Positions 55,501 through 64,000 of a stretch of DNA of 64,000 nucleotides are shown here, piece after piece. Positions within the stretch are counted from its first letter, which is position 1, and each line of letters starts with the position of its first letter. The position numbers and the translations under genes are program-made. Below the pieces are notes generated by a model. That model was not told the DNA's origin. It saw only the letters and a list, made by a program, of their open reading frames with translations, and did no database searches. This DNA is from Tenrec ecaudatus (Eukaryota), in contig NC_134541.1 in assembly GCF_050624435.1 (NCBI RefSeq), forward strand, positions 124,958,480-125,022,479. The letters run 5' to 3'.

Positions 55501-58500
55501 CGGGGATCGATGTGTAGCCTCCTCTCTGGGGGATGGGCAATGGGAAGGTGGGTGAGGGGAGACGCTGGGCAGTGTAAGATAAGATAAAATAATAATTTAT
55601 AAACTATTAAGGGTTTGTGGGGGAGCGGGGACGGGGGGGGGAGGGGAAAAAAATAAAACAAGCTGATTCCAGGAACCCAAGTGGAAGGTGAATTTTGAGA
55701 ATGACGAGGGCAATGAGTGTATAAGGGTGCTTTACTCAAATTGATTGATGTTGTATGGATTGTGATAAGAGTTGTATGAGCCCCAATAAAATGATTTATT
55801 AAATTAAAAAAAAAAGCTAAAAGCCTTAATAAAAGGCAAGCCTGAGAAATCTGACCTCATGGGAGCACAAGGTTTCTATAGAATAAAACAAAGTTAAAAG
55901 AACGAATGAGTAATAGCTTGTTTGAAAATATATTTAATTGACAAATGGTTTACTATCCATCATGTCTTAAGACCGCCTCAAAAATCAAAGAAGACAAATA
56001 ATTTAAAGCAGGGAGGTAAGCGCCTTGTTATGTCTGCTCCGTATCCTTCTGAACGGTCTGAATCTACCGTGGAATGCAGGCCCTATCACCCGGTCATATC
56101 ATGTGTCGAAATCAATCCTAAGGAAAGAATTCAGAAGAAAAATGCTGACGCTACCAGAAATGTGTGTCTACCAATAATACCGGTAAGATTAGCGAAATCA
56201 TTAACAAATGATGGCCTGAGAGATGAGAAAACAATAATTTATAAGTCATCAAGGGCCCATGGGGGAGGGGGCAGCATGTAGGGAGGGGGAAAAATGAGCT
56301 GATACCAAGGGCTCCCGTAGAAAGCAAATGTTTTGAGGATGAGGGCAACCAATGTACAAATGGGCTTGACACGATGGATGGATGGATTGTGATAAGAGTT
56401 GTACAAGCCCCCAATACAATGAATTAAAACAAACAAAAAACAAATGATGGCCTGGGCCACTTTAGGTCCTAATTTACGGCCAATCAGACGCAGTCTGCCC
56501 AACCCTGCATACAGCAAAAGAACCGCTGCCCGTCCTGTGCCAGCCTCACGGCGGTACAGAAGTAGGAAGATGGGTCAGCACTTCGGATGCTGTGAGTGAA
56601 GAGGCGAAGTATAGACGGCCACATGCACCACTGCCTGTGGAGGCCACAGGAGCTCACAGTGACCGCGTGGGACAAAGCACAGGACCCCAGAGGGTCTCTG
56701 AGGCAGCCCTCTTTCCAGAAAAGTACGCTGGTGGCTGTGTGGGTTCAGTGTTGATCGCGATTATCCGCGTCCGTGGTTAATGATCAGAAGGAATTCAAGG
56801 GCGGCTTCATCTCTGTGGGGGCTCTGCCAGTGGGCTGGGGGCAGTAGCTGTCATCCACAGCCTTCTGCAAACCGGGAGCTCAGAATGGAAGCTCGGATTT
56901 CTGGGGAGCCCGCCAGCTGTGCTGTGGGAGAAAGATGGACCGCCTTGGAAGCCCTTGAGGGCAGGTCCCTCTTGAAGGCTCACCCTGAGTCAGGAAGGAC
57001 TGCAGCTTCTTTCTTCCTGGGAGTGGCTGCTGGGTGTGAACTTCTCACCATTGAGTTCACAATCCAGAGCTTTCACCACAGCGCCACCAGGGCCCCTTGC
57101 CCCCTCATTACCACTCTAGGAAAACCAACGTGTGAAATAAGAGAACGTCTCTCCCTGCGTCTACCCACTCCAGATGGAATCAGCCACTCTCTCTGCCAAC
57201 CCCCCTTTCTAATGCCTGTCTCAAATCAATGCTCTTCTCTGCTCGGCTTCCTCTTTACAGCACCTACTCCAGCTAACTGGCCTTCCTGCTTCTGTCAGGA
57301 TACCCTCCGGCCGCTCAGGGGGCCAGCAGCGTAATCTTTTCAAATGACCCAACAAACAAAACGCCAGTCTCTTCCTTCTGATGAAGATCTGTCAAGTCTC
57401 CACAGGACACAGGAGACAGGCAATCACCTTGGCCCAGCACACAAGACCCTTGTGGGTTTTTAGCTGCTGCTTCATTCACACTCTTCTCTCACCAAACAGA
57501 AGCCCTACACATGGTTCCTGCCTGAGGCCTCTGTCCTTCAGGAGCACCCTGAAGATAACCACCGAGATAACCCACTGAACAGAAGAAAGGATTTGGAATC
57601 ATCTCTCTGATAAGAGACTTACATTCAGAACACAGAAACTGTATAGCTCAAGACTAAAAAGCCAAATACCCCAATGAAGAAATATGCCATGGGACATACA
57701 GCTCCCCAAAGAAGCTGGACAAACAACCAATAAGCACACAGAAAGACGTTTAACATCACTAGCCATCAGGGAAATGCAAACCCAAACCACACCCTTTCGC
57801 CAAACTTGAATGAAAAGGGGGACAGGTTTTGCCCAGGATGTGGAGGAATTTCACGCTTTAGTGTCTCCAAGTGGGAGCATCAACTGGTCCAGCCACCCTG
57901 GAAAGCCACCTGACAGTCTCTCAAAGAGTTAAACAGAGTGGCCACACGAGCCAGTAATTCCACTCTTAGCTATACACCCAAGAGAAATGAAAATATGCCC
58001 AGACGCAAAGGTGTACAAAAATGTTCACACGAGACTAATTCATGCTGGCTGAAACATGGAAACTCAAATGCCCATCAAGCCCTGAATGGACAAACCAAAT
58101 ACGGTATATCCAGATAGTGGAATACTACACAGCTATAAAAAGGAAGGAAGTACTGTTACATGCATGAGTCTGGAGATCAGCCTAAGGGAAATAAGGGAGG
58201 CACAGAAGTATGCTCTATGGCTCCGAAACTGGAACATAAACAAGGGCAGAAAGTAGACTGGCGGTGGCTTAGGGCTGGGGGCCTGGGAGGCAATGGGGAA
58301 TCATTGCTACAGAATGTGGGGTTTCCTTTGGAAGTCAAGAAACAGCCGAAGGTTGACTGGGGTGATGAGTGGTTTGCACTGACTGTGAATTCTCTATCCG
58401 TAAAGCTGGATTTCTAAGATAGTGAAAAGCCGAGTTGGATGGTTCCCACGTCTGTACACAACAGATGCATACCATTCGTCCTGGGGTGGCTCAGTGTCAC

Positions 58501-60199
58501 GTCACCTGGAGGTGCCGAGACCCACTCCCACTCCCACACATATTCACCTTCTGGAGACGCACCCAAGTCTATCTCACCTGGAAAAGCACGGAGCATGGAG
58601 GCAGGAGCCCTAGGCTCAAGTCTCGCCTCGAATCCTGCTCCTGGAGAAGTCGTAGCTATCAGACCGACCTCCCGGGGCTGGATAGGAAGGCTGAGAGGCA
58701 AGAATCGGGAAAACATGGGCCAGGGCCCATTGAGCACACAGCTAGATTGGCACGAGAGCTGGCTGAAACTGAATGGGAAGACACAAATCTTCTGGATGGC
58801 AGAGCCATGTCGTTTTGTACTTGCTCCCAAAGTTCCTGTCACTGTCCCCAAGAGAAGCAGGCTTTTAGAAATACCATTGTCTGATTTTACTGAGATTTGA
58901 AGCATCGTGGCATCATAACATGAGAGTGTTTTACATCTCACTTAGAGCTCACTGACACCGGGTCAATACTGACTCATCGTGACCCCTACAGGACTGGGGA
59001 GAACTGGCCATGGGAGTTTCCGAGACCGGGGCTACTGACTGCAGCAGAAAGCCCGCTTTCTCCCCTGGAGGAGCTGGTGGTTCAATCTGCCCATCTTGGG
59101 GAGTGCAGCCCAACACCTCAACACTACGCCCACCAGGGGTCCCAGTGTTTTACAGAAAGGACCTCAAAAGCCAGACAATTTTACCTTCCCCTCCTCCCTC
59201 TTCATCTTTCAATACAACAAAGTTCTTAGATAAGAAAGCTGAGGCCAAATGTGACACAGGAGTTGATGGCACCTAATGACTCTGTCATTCATCATTCTCC
59301 CAGAAGAAGACTCTTTGGAATTGGGAGCAGTCCAATTTTTTCCTGCACCCTCCATGTCAGGCCCACGGGGGACACCCGAGAGTTGAGCAGAACAAGCTTC
59401 TCCGATGACAGCCTCTTTAAGAGAAGGGTGTACAGATGGAAAGGGTCTCACCTACCCAAGCCTTCGGTACCGCCCAAGAACAGAGGCAGAGAACCTCAGC
59501 CCCTGAAGGGGCAGTTATTCCCAAGCTCGATAAACAAGTGCAGAAAATAGACTAGGGCTGGGAGCTTGGGAAGAACTGCTAAGGGGTGTGGGGTTTCTTT
59601 TTAAAGCACTCTAGTGTGTTCACTGGAAGTTTATAGTCCCCTCACAGCAGATGTGTGATGAGGACCCAGAGATGTGTTCAAGGCCACCGGATGGTGAGGG
59701 TGTTGACAAACCCCAGCATTCTATCACCCAATCCCCCAGTGCTCCCCCATCTTACCTTCCAGTCCCATCTGACTACCCAGGACCTCGGCTTGGAAAGTCT
59801 GGGTCTTGTTCCCATCCGGCCCATTTCCAAAGTCCAAGGTGGTCAGTAGACCCACGCCATAAGAATCACGCCACTTCCCTGGGCGAGACTCATTCGCAGG
59901 GCACAGGGTCAGCTGGCCAAAAGATCGCAAGAAGGAGACCCAGTCCTGTGTACAGAGAGGGCAAAGAGGGAGGTTGAGAGCGGAGCAGCAGTGGAGCTTA
60001 CCTACAGCTGCCAGCCAGTTGGGCGGAGGCTTACCTGAGGGATGTCAGGGCTGCGTAGGCCAGTCTGGTGGGTGAGCAGGAATCTGCCAAGACTCAGGCC
60101 GGAGAGGCCAAGCAACAGCAGAATTAGAGTGGCACAGACCAGAGGTGGGTGGTGAGCCAGGCAGAGATGCAGGTTGTGCCCTGCCTGGCAGCTGCCCAT
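46411..60199 (-). CDS. TMEM219: TMEM219 ortholog (transmembrane protein 219); CDS span, 4 coding exons, 240 codons
   Basis: Spliced translation reads MGSCQAGHNLHLCLAHHPPLVCATLILLLLGLSGLSLGRFLLTHQTGLRSPDIPQ / DWVSFLRSFGQLTLCPANESRPGKWRDSYGVGLLTTLDFGNGPDGNKTQTFQAEVLGSQMGLE / GSFAEERVLITARVTPRRTPGTCLYF...WSHEGLVLTKLLTA / EELALCGSRLLVLGFFLLLFCGLLCCVTAVCFHPNREPHWSRTRL*. It is collinear with human TMEM219 and has the same length, 240 aa. Confidence 0.9.
46740..46900. mobile_element. Partial copy of the same hAT-MITE family, overlapping the TMEM219 3' region
   Basis: It begins agcggctctcaacctgtgggtctcaacccctttgggggccgaacgaccctttcacaggggtcgcccgattcatcac. Confidence 0.7.
48131..48360 (-). CDS. TMEM219: TMEM219 coding exon 3
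   Basis: The acceptor is ctggcag and the donor is GCA|GTAAGA. The frame matches ORF 47870..48463. Confidence 0.85.
48600..50420 (+). mobile_element. L1 (LINE-1) ORF2 fragment, degenerate, in TMEM219 intron 1
   Basis: Its frames translate to pieces resembling the L1 ORF2 reverse-transcriptase region: KINSRWIKELYKQ, a frameshifted match to ...[23 protein letters not shown]..., and FADDMILY-like segments. Confidence 0.7.
51100..51780 (-). mobile_element. Mariner/Tc1-like DNA transposon fossil
   Basis: The minus-strand ORF 51251..51535 translates to ...CHHDNLTAHTALSVLQFGAKNSMPFLLHAPDSPDLASCGFFLF.... This matches the conserved C-terminal motif of mariner transposases (HDNARPHTA...PYSPDLAPCDFFLF). 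Confidence 0.65.
52735..52930 (-). mobile_element. AfroSINE copy (minus strand) in TMEM219 intron 1
   Basis: The reverse complement carries the promoter-box and core motifs. Confidence 0.75.
52990..53240 (+). mobile_element. AfroSINE copy
   Basis: The copy contains cggtggcatagtggttatgag...gtcagcagtttgaaaccagcaactgttccttgg...gtcgctctgagtcggcctcggctcgatggcag. Confidence 0.8.
53860..54070 (+). mobile_element. AfroSINE copy
   Basis: The copy contains gctagtcacaaggtcagcagtccggaaccaccag and ends ...tttgggtcaaaacggagtct. Confidence 0.75.
54740..55300 (-). mobile_element. Three adjacent AfroSINE copies on the minus strand
   Basis: The SINE core and tail motifs recur in reverse complement three times. 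Confidence 0.75.
55470..55815 (+). mobile_element. L1-like 3' end fragment (same family as 6170-6600)
   Basis: It carries the same shared sequence block and ends in poly-A at about 55800-55815. Confidence 0.5.
56150..56445 (+). mobile_element. L1-like 3' end fragment (same family as 6170-6600)
   Basis: It carries the same shared sequence block and an A-rich tail. Confidence 0.5.
57600..58430 (+). mobile_element. L1 3' fragment (ORF2 C-terminus plus 3'UTR) in TMEM219 intron 1
   Basis: Its translation resembles AIREMQIKTT..., WNVKWYSHFGKQ..., IHPREMKIC... and IHAG.NMETQMPIKP.MDK..., which are L1 ORF2 C-terminal motifs. Confidence 0.7.
58420..58760. repeat. Unclassified interspersed repeat with a second partial copy at 61850-62020
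   Basis: Both copies share (g)ggcccattgagcacacag and the surrounding similarity. Confidence 0.4.
58960..59155 (-). mobile_element. AfroSINE copy (minus strand)
   Basis: The reverse complement contains ...ggagctggtggttcaatctgcc...cccaccagggg. Confidence 0.75.
59756..59945 (-). CDS. TMEM219: TMEM219 coding exon 2
   Basis: The acceptor is tgtacacag and the donor is GAAG|GTAAGA. The frame matches ORF 59724..59930. Confidence 0.85.
60035..60199 (-). CDS. TMEM219: TMEM219 first coding exon (ATG at 60199-60197)
   Basis: This is Met30 in the frame of ORF 60002..60286. The donor is CAG|GTAAGC. The exon probably starts near 60233, where an acceptor cccaacag lies. Confidence 0.85.
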
Positions 60200-61149
60200 G
60201 GAAAATGGAGGGGTCTGGGCTTCCACGGAGAGCCTGTTGGGGGACAGAGAGGGGGAACTAGACAAGAGCCTGCTGCGCTCGTTCATTTTAGTGGGAGGGA
60301 AGCTAAAGTGCAGAGCAGGCCAGGGGCTCGCTAAGAGTCAAGCAAGGAGTTCTGAGAGGGAGAGCAGCGGGGACAAGGACCCAGGGTTCCTGGGTCCCTC
60401 CCGGGTGTGGACTTCCCGCACCCCTCGGGGAAATGTTTGCTGGGTTTCATTTTCGAGCTCATCAATGCGGAAGCAGGGGAGAGCACCCTGTGCTGGAATT
60501 CAAACAGGGCAATTGTCAGTGGGAGAAGGAGGAAGCAGCTCTTTGGGGTTGGTTGTAGATGCTCCTCCAGCCACAGTCCCCCACCCCCCAGGAGGAAGTC
60601 AAGGCTGGAAAAAAGCTCCACTTGAGAGCCACACTGCTGGCTTTGTGTGCTCCCCGGCATTCGTTGGCTCTGTGGACGCGAGTCAGCGCACTTAGTGTGA
60701 AACGGAGCTTCTAAGAACACCACGTGATGGCTCAACTTGGCGAAGCGTGGGACCAGGTCATGCAAGAGCTGAAGTACCCATTGTCTCTCTCGGTGGCATA
60801 CTGAGTGACCCCTGGGTCAGCAGGGCAAATCAGGCTAATAACACTGTGGGGGGGTGGGGACAGTGAGGCTGGGGGAGGGGTTTAACACAGGCGTGGTAAG
60901 GCCAAGGTCTGAAACCTGTCTCCTGCTTCCAAGCTGAGCACTGTTTCCACGCTACCATCTTATCCCACGCGAGAAGCGACAGCCCGAAGAAAAGGCACAT
61001 CTGGAAGGCAAGGAGATACACATACGGGGTGGGGGGAGGAGGGCGCCAGGGAAGCACAGTTGTCAACAATGCCCAGTCCCTGCCCAGCTTCCCGGTCCGG
61101 CACGCCCGGAAGGGGGAAAAGGAAGAGGGAGAGCTGGAGGCGGGTAGCT

Positions 61150-61800
61150 AGCATGCACCTGGGCCACCCACTGCCCCCCCCGAGGTCCTGAGGGTCCCTC
61201 CTGCAGGAGCTCAGGCCCCGGGTCCAGCGCTGGCCGGCGGCGCCGGGCCCCTCCGCCGCGCGCTCTCACCGCTCTCGGCCGGCGCCCCCGCGACGTCACG
61301 CGTGGAGCCGCGCAGGGGCGGGGCCCGAGCCCCGAGCTTCCGCCCCGCCTCCCACTCGCCCCGCCCCCACGGCTGGGTGCGCATGCGCAGTGCTCAGGAG
61401 GGCGGCACGCTCCGGGCCTCGGGTCGCCGGGCGGGGTACGGCGCGCGGAGACTCCGAGGGGCAGCAAAGGAGAGCGGGAACCCCGATGGAGGCGAGGAAA
61501 GAAGGAACTCATCTTAGGGTACGTGGTAGGACACCCGCGCCCCCCCCCCACACACACACACATAGACACACCCTCTCCGGAACGATTCAGGGGGCGTTCC
61601 GGCGGAACTCTCGGCGGTGCGCACTTCCGCCCCGGGAGCACAGCCCGGCCGCGCTCAACTTCCGGGAGAGGCCTTGGGTCCTCCCGCCGCTCAGCGAGGC
61701 TCGCGGTCTCTAACCACGTTTGGCCCGCGGGCTTGTACCGGCCTAGCCTCCTAGACCAGCGAGGCTGCCCGTGGAGACCGTTGCATCTCACGTGTTAGCG
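61150..61800 (-). promoter_or_regulatory. TMEM219: CpG island, presumed TMEM219 promoter and non-coding exon 1
   Basis: A CpG-dense block lies about 1 kb upstream of the ATG exon and contains GC boxes (ccccgccccc). Confidence 0.6.
61377..61388. promoter_or_regulatory. NRF1-type palindrome TGCGCATGCGCA
   Basis: A perfect 12-bp palindrome inside the TMEM219 CpG island. Confidence 0.5.
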
Positions 61801-62029
61801 ACCAGACATCCGTCTCGTCTGAAAAAAAAAATCGCGCTACGCGGAGTCGGGAGCCCTGAATCCAAGTCCCCTCTTGATGGCGATCTCTGGGTCAGCCGTC
61901 ACCGAGCTCTCCCCGAGCATCGATGTGCCCCTCTGAACGACAAAAGGGACAGGTTAAGAGGCAAGGCCGGGGAAGCCAGGGGTCCAGTGCCCATTGAGCA
62001 CACAGTTAAAATCAGAAAAAAAATAACAA

Positions 62030-62440
62030 AAAAACACTGCCATCCAGTCCATTTAGACTCATTGTGACCCGGTCTAGAGCTCCCAGGCGAAATCTCCGGA
62101 GCAGCTGGTCAAGTTTGAACTGTGAACCTTCGCTTATCCCACAGCGCCACCTGGGCTCAGCACGGGACAAATAGTCGTTGAAACACAACGTGGGTATTTT
62201 AACTCTTTGTGAAGTTGGTATCAGTCTTTCAGCCCCTGCCCCTGAAGTTTCTGGCACAGTCCCCGATCAGATAAACCAAAATCGCTGCCATTGAGCCAAC
62301 AATGACTCCTGGTAACCCGATAGGACAGAGTAGAACGGTCCCTGGAAATTTCTGAAGCGAACTCTTTGTGGGAGCAGAAAGCTTCATCTTTCCCCCTGGA
62401 GCCACTCGTGAAATTGACCCGCCAACCCTGTAGCTAGCAG
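62030..62440 (-). mobile_element. Two AfroSINE copies (minus strand) upstream of the TMEM219 promoter
   Basis: The copies contain cagctggtcaagtttgaactgtgaacc and ggagccactcgtgaaattgacccgccaaccctgtagctagcagc. Confidence 0.7.
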
Positions 62441-63471
62441 CTGTTTTCGGGTATAAAAGAGACCCCAATCTCATATAATTAGGAGAACGTTTGCGAAGTC
62501 TTAAATTGGACAAAGGCACAACATCTGGAAGCCACGGTCCTGAGGCCATCGTGGCACCCAGGGATTCATAGACGCACATTCATGTCAATAAGGTAGGGCA
62601 CACAAAAGAAACTCACAAATTCATGATTGGCCTCAAATCAGTAACAGTCCAATGCACTCTGCCTGAGGGCCAGGCTGTTCTCTTTAGTTCATGGTAAGAA
62701 GGTTAGAGTTTAAATTCTGAGCACCCCAACTTGCAAAGGAGTATCCATGCATTGAATTGGCGTGCTGAAGAGGAGTGTTGAAAATATCATGGCCGGCTCA
62801 CAGCATGGCTGGAGGGTTCCATGTTGTCAGGAAAGACCAGTCCCTGGAGAAGGATATCCTGTTTGGAAAATTAGAGGGGCTAATAAAAGAAAGCCCTCAA
62901 CAAAATGGACCGACACCATGGCTGCATAAAGGCGGAGGGACGATTGTGAAGATGATGCAGCACCAACCAGCGTTTCATTCTTTGGTGCATACGGCTGCTG
63001 TGGGTCAGAACTGACTTAATGACACCTAACAACAGCAACACGGGTGGCAGTGAAAGAGAGGGAGACCCTCTACAAGACGGATAGGCACAGTGGCTACATC
63101 AATGGGCTCAAACAAGAACAGTTGTGAGGATGGCCCAGGGCCAGGCAGTGTTTCGTTCTGTGGTACATGCAGTAGGAACAGACTCACTGACAACAATATT
63201 GGTGACAGGACAGCCCAAAATCCATTTGCAGAGTCCCCCATGTCCCTCAAGCCTCCATTGAATTCTTTCTGCTCATGAATCAAGCATGGTAATGATCTTG
63301 TCCTTGTCCAGCTCAGGGAGGGGCATTCTCGCTTAGGGGCTTGTCCTTGATGGAGATCACCTTACTGGGGGTGGGACTGAGGGGGCGTGCAGCCACATAA
63401 TCTTGAATCATGCCCTGTCAAGTCTCCTGATAACTGCCTTGGTCAGAAGGCCCTGAGCCAATCTTGTAAAC

Positions 63472-63799
63472 CAGTGGTTCCCAACCTTCCTAATGCTGCT
63501 ACCCTTTCATAAGGTTCCTCATGTGGTGAGCCCCCAACCATAACATTATTTTCGTTGCTACTTCATCACTGTCGTTTTCCTACTGTTAAGAATCGTCACG
63601 TAAATATCTGATAGGCAGGATGCATTTTCATTGTTACAAATTGAACATCATGAAACATAATTAAAGCATAGTGATCAATCACAAAACAATACGGAGTTAT
63701 ATATTGTGAAATATGTGTTTTCCAAAGGTCTTAAGCAACCCCTGTGAAAGGGTCATTTGACCCCCAAAGCGGTCGAGACCCAGAGGTTGAGAACCGCTG
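63472..63799. mobile_element. Full-length non-autonomous hAT-type element (MITE) of 328 bp. It has 15-bp terminal inverted repeats CAGTGGTTC(C/T)CAACC and is flanked by a perfect 8-bp target-site duplication TTGTAAAC (63464-63471 and 63800-63807).
   Basis: The inverted repeats and the duplication are read directly from the sequence. An 8-bp duplication and CAG-type termini are typical of hAT elements. Confidence 0.8.
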
Positions 63800-64000
63800 T
63801 TGTAAACCCTTCTCTAATAAAGTGTGTGGCCCAATCACGGCCCTGTTCCTGGCACACAGTCTGTCGTACAGGTGTACAGGTGTTCAAGTGTCCCACCTAT
63901 ATCAGCAATGTGTCGGTTTGCCACCAATCATGAATTTGTGACAGTTCTCTGTGTTCCAGGCCTTAAATACTTAACATCCTGACTGAATCCTCCCACACCA

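Overview
This window is mammalian nuclear DNA, not a prokaryotic locus. It is GC-rich and has CpG islands, GT-AG introns, AATAAA polyadenylation signals, microsatellites, and SINE, LINE and DNA-transposon fossils. The tRNA-derived SINEs match the AfroSINE family, so the source is most likely an afrotherian mammal. Reading the exons on both strands identifies five protein-coding genes in the same order and orientation as the human 16p11.2 (BP4-BP5) segment, with this window running in the reverse direction to the human reference. In order they are DOC2A (+), INO80E (-), HIRIP3 (+), TAOK2 (-) and TMEM219 (-). DOC2A and INO80E converge tail-to-tail with overlapping 3' ends. INO80E and HIRIP3 are transcribed divergently from one bidirectional CpG-island promoter. 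TAOK2 keeps both C-terminal architectures: the long transmembrane isoform read through exon 15, and the short isoform made by an internal donor plus three downstream exons. Exon boundaries were read from the raw sequence and cross-checked against the ORF-track frames; treat them as accurate to about ±2 nt. Non-coding 5' exons inside the CpG islands are not resolved. The supplied ORF track begins ORFs at GTG, TTG and CTG as well as ATG. The many long GC-rich ORFs in CpG islands and those antisense to exons are artefacts. No novel defence-type or otherwise undescribed gene system is present. The observations worth a second look are regulatory and repeat-related: the overlapping DOC2A/INO80E 3' ends, a ~180-nt polypyrimidine tract upstream of a TAOK2 alternative exon, a CCGGATATTTGAG-core minisatellite in TAOK2 intron 1, palindromic NRF1 motifs in two promoters, a full-length hAT-type MITE with intact 8-bp target-site duplications, and a mariner transposase fossil.
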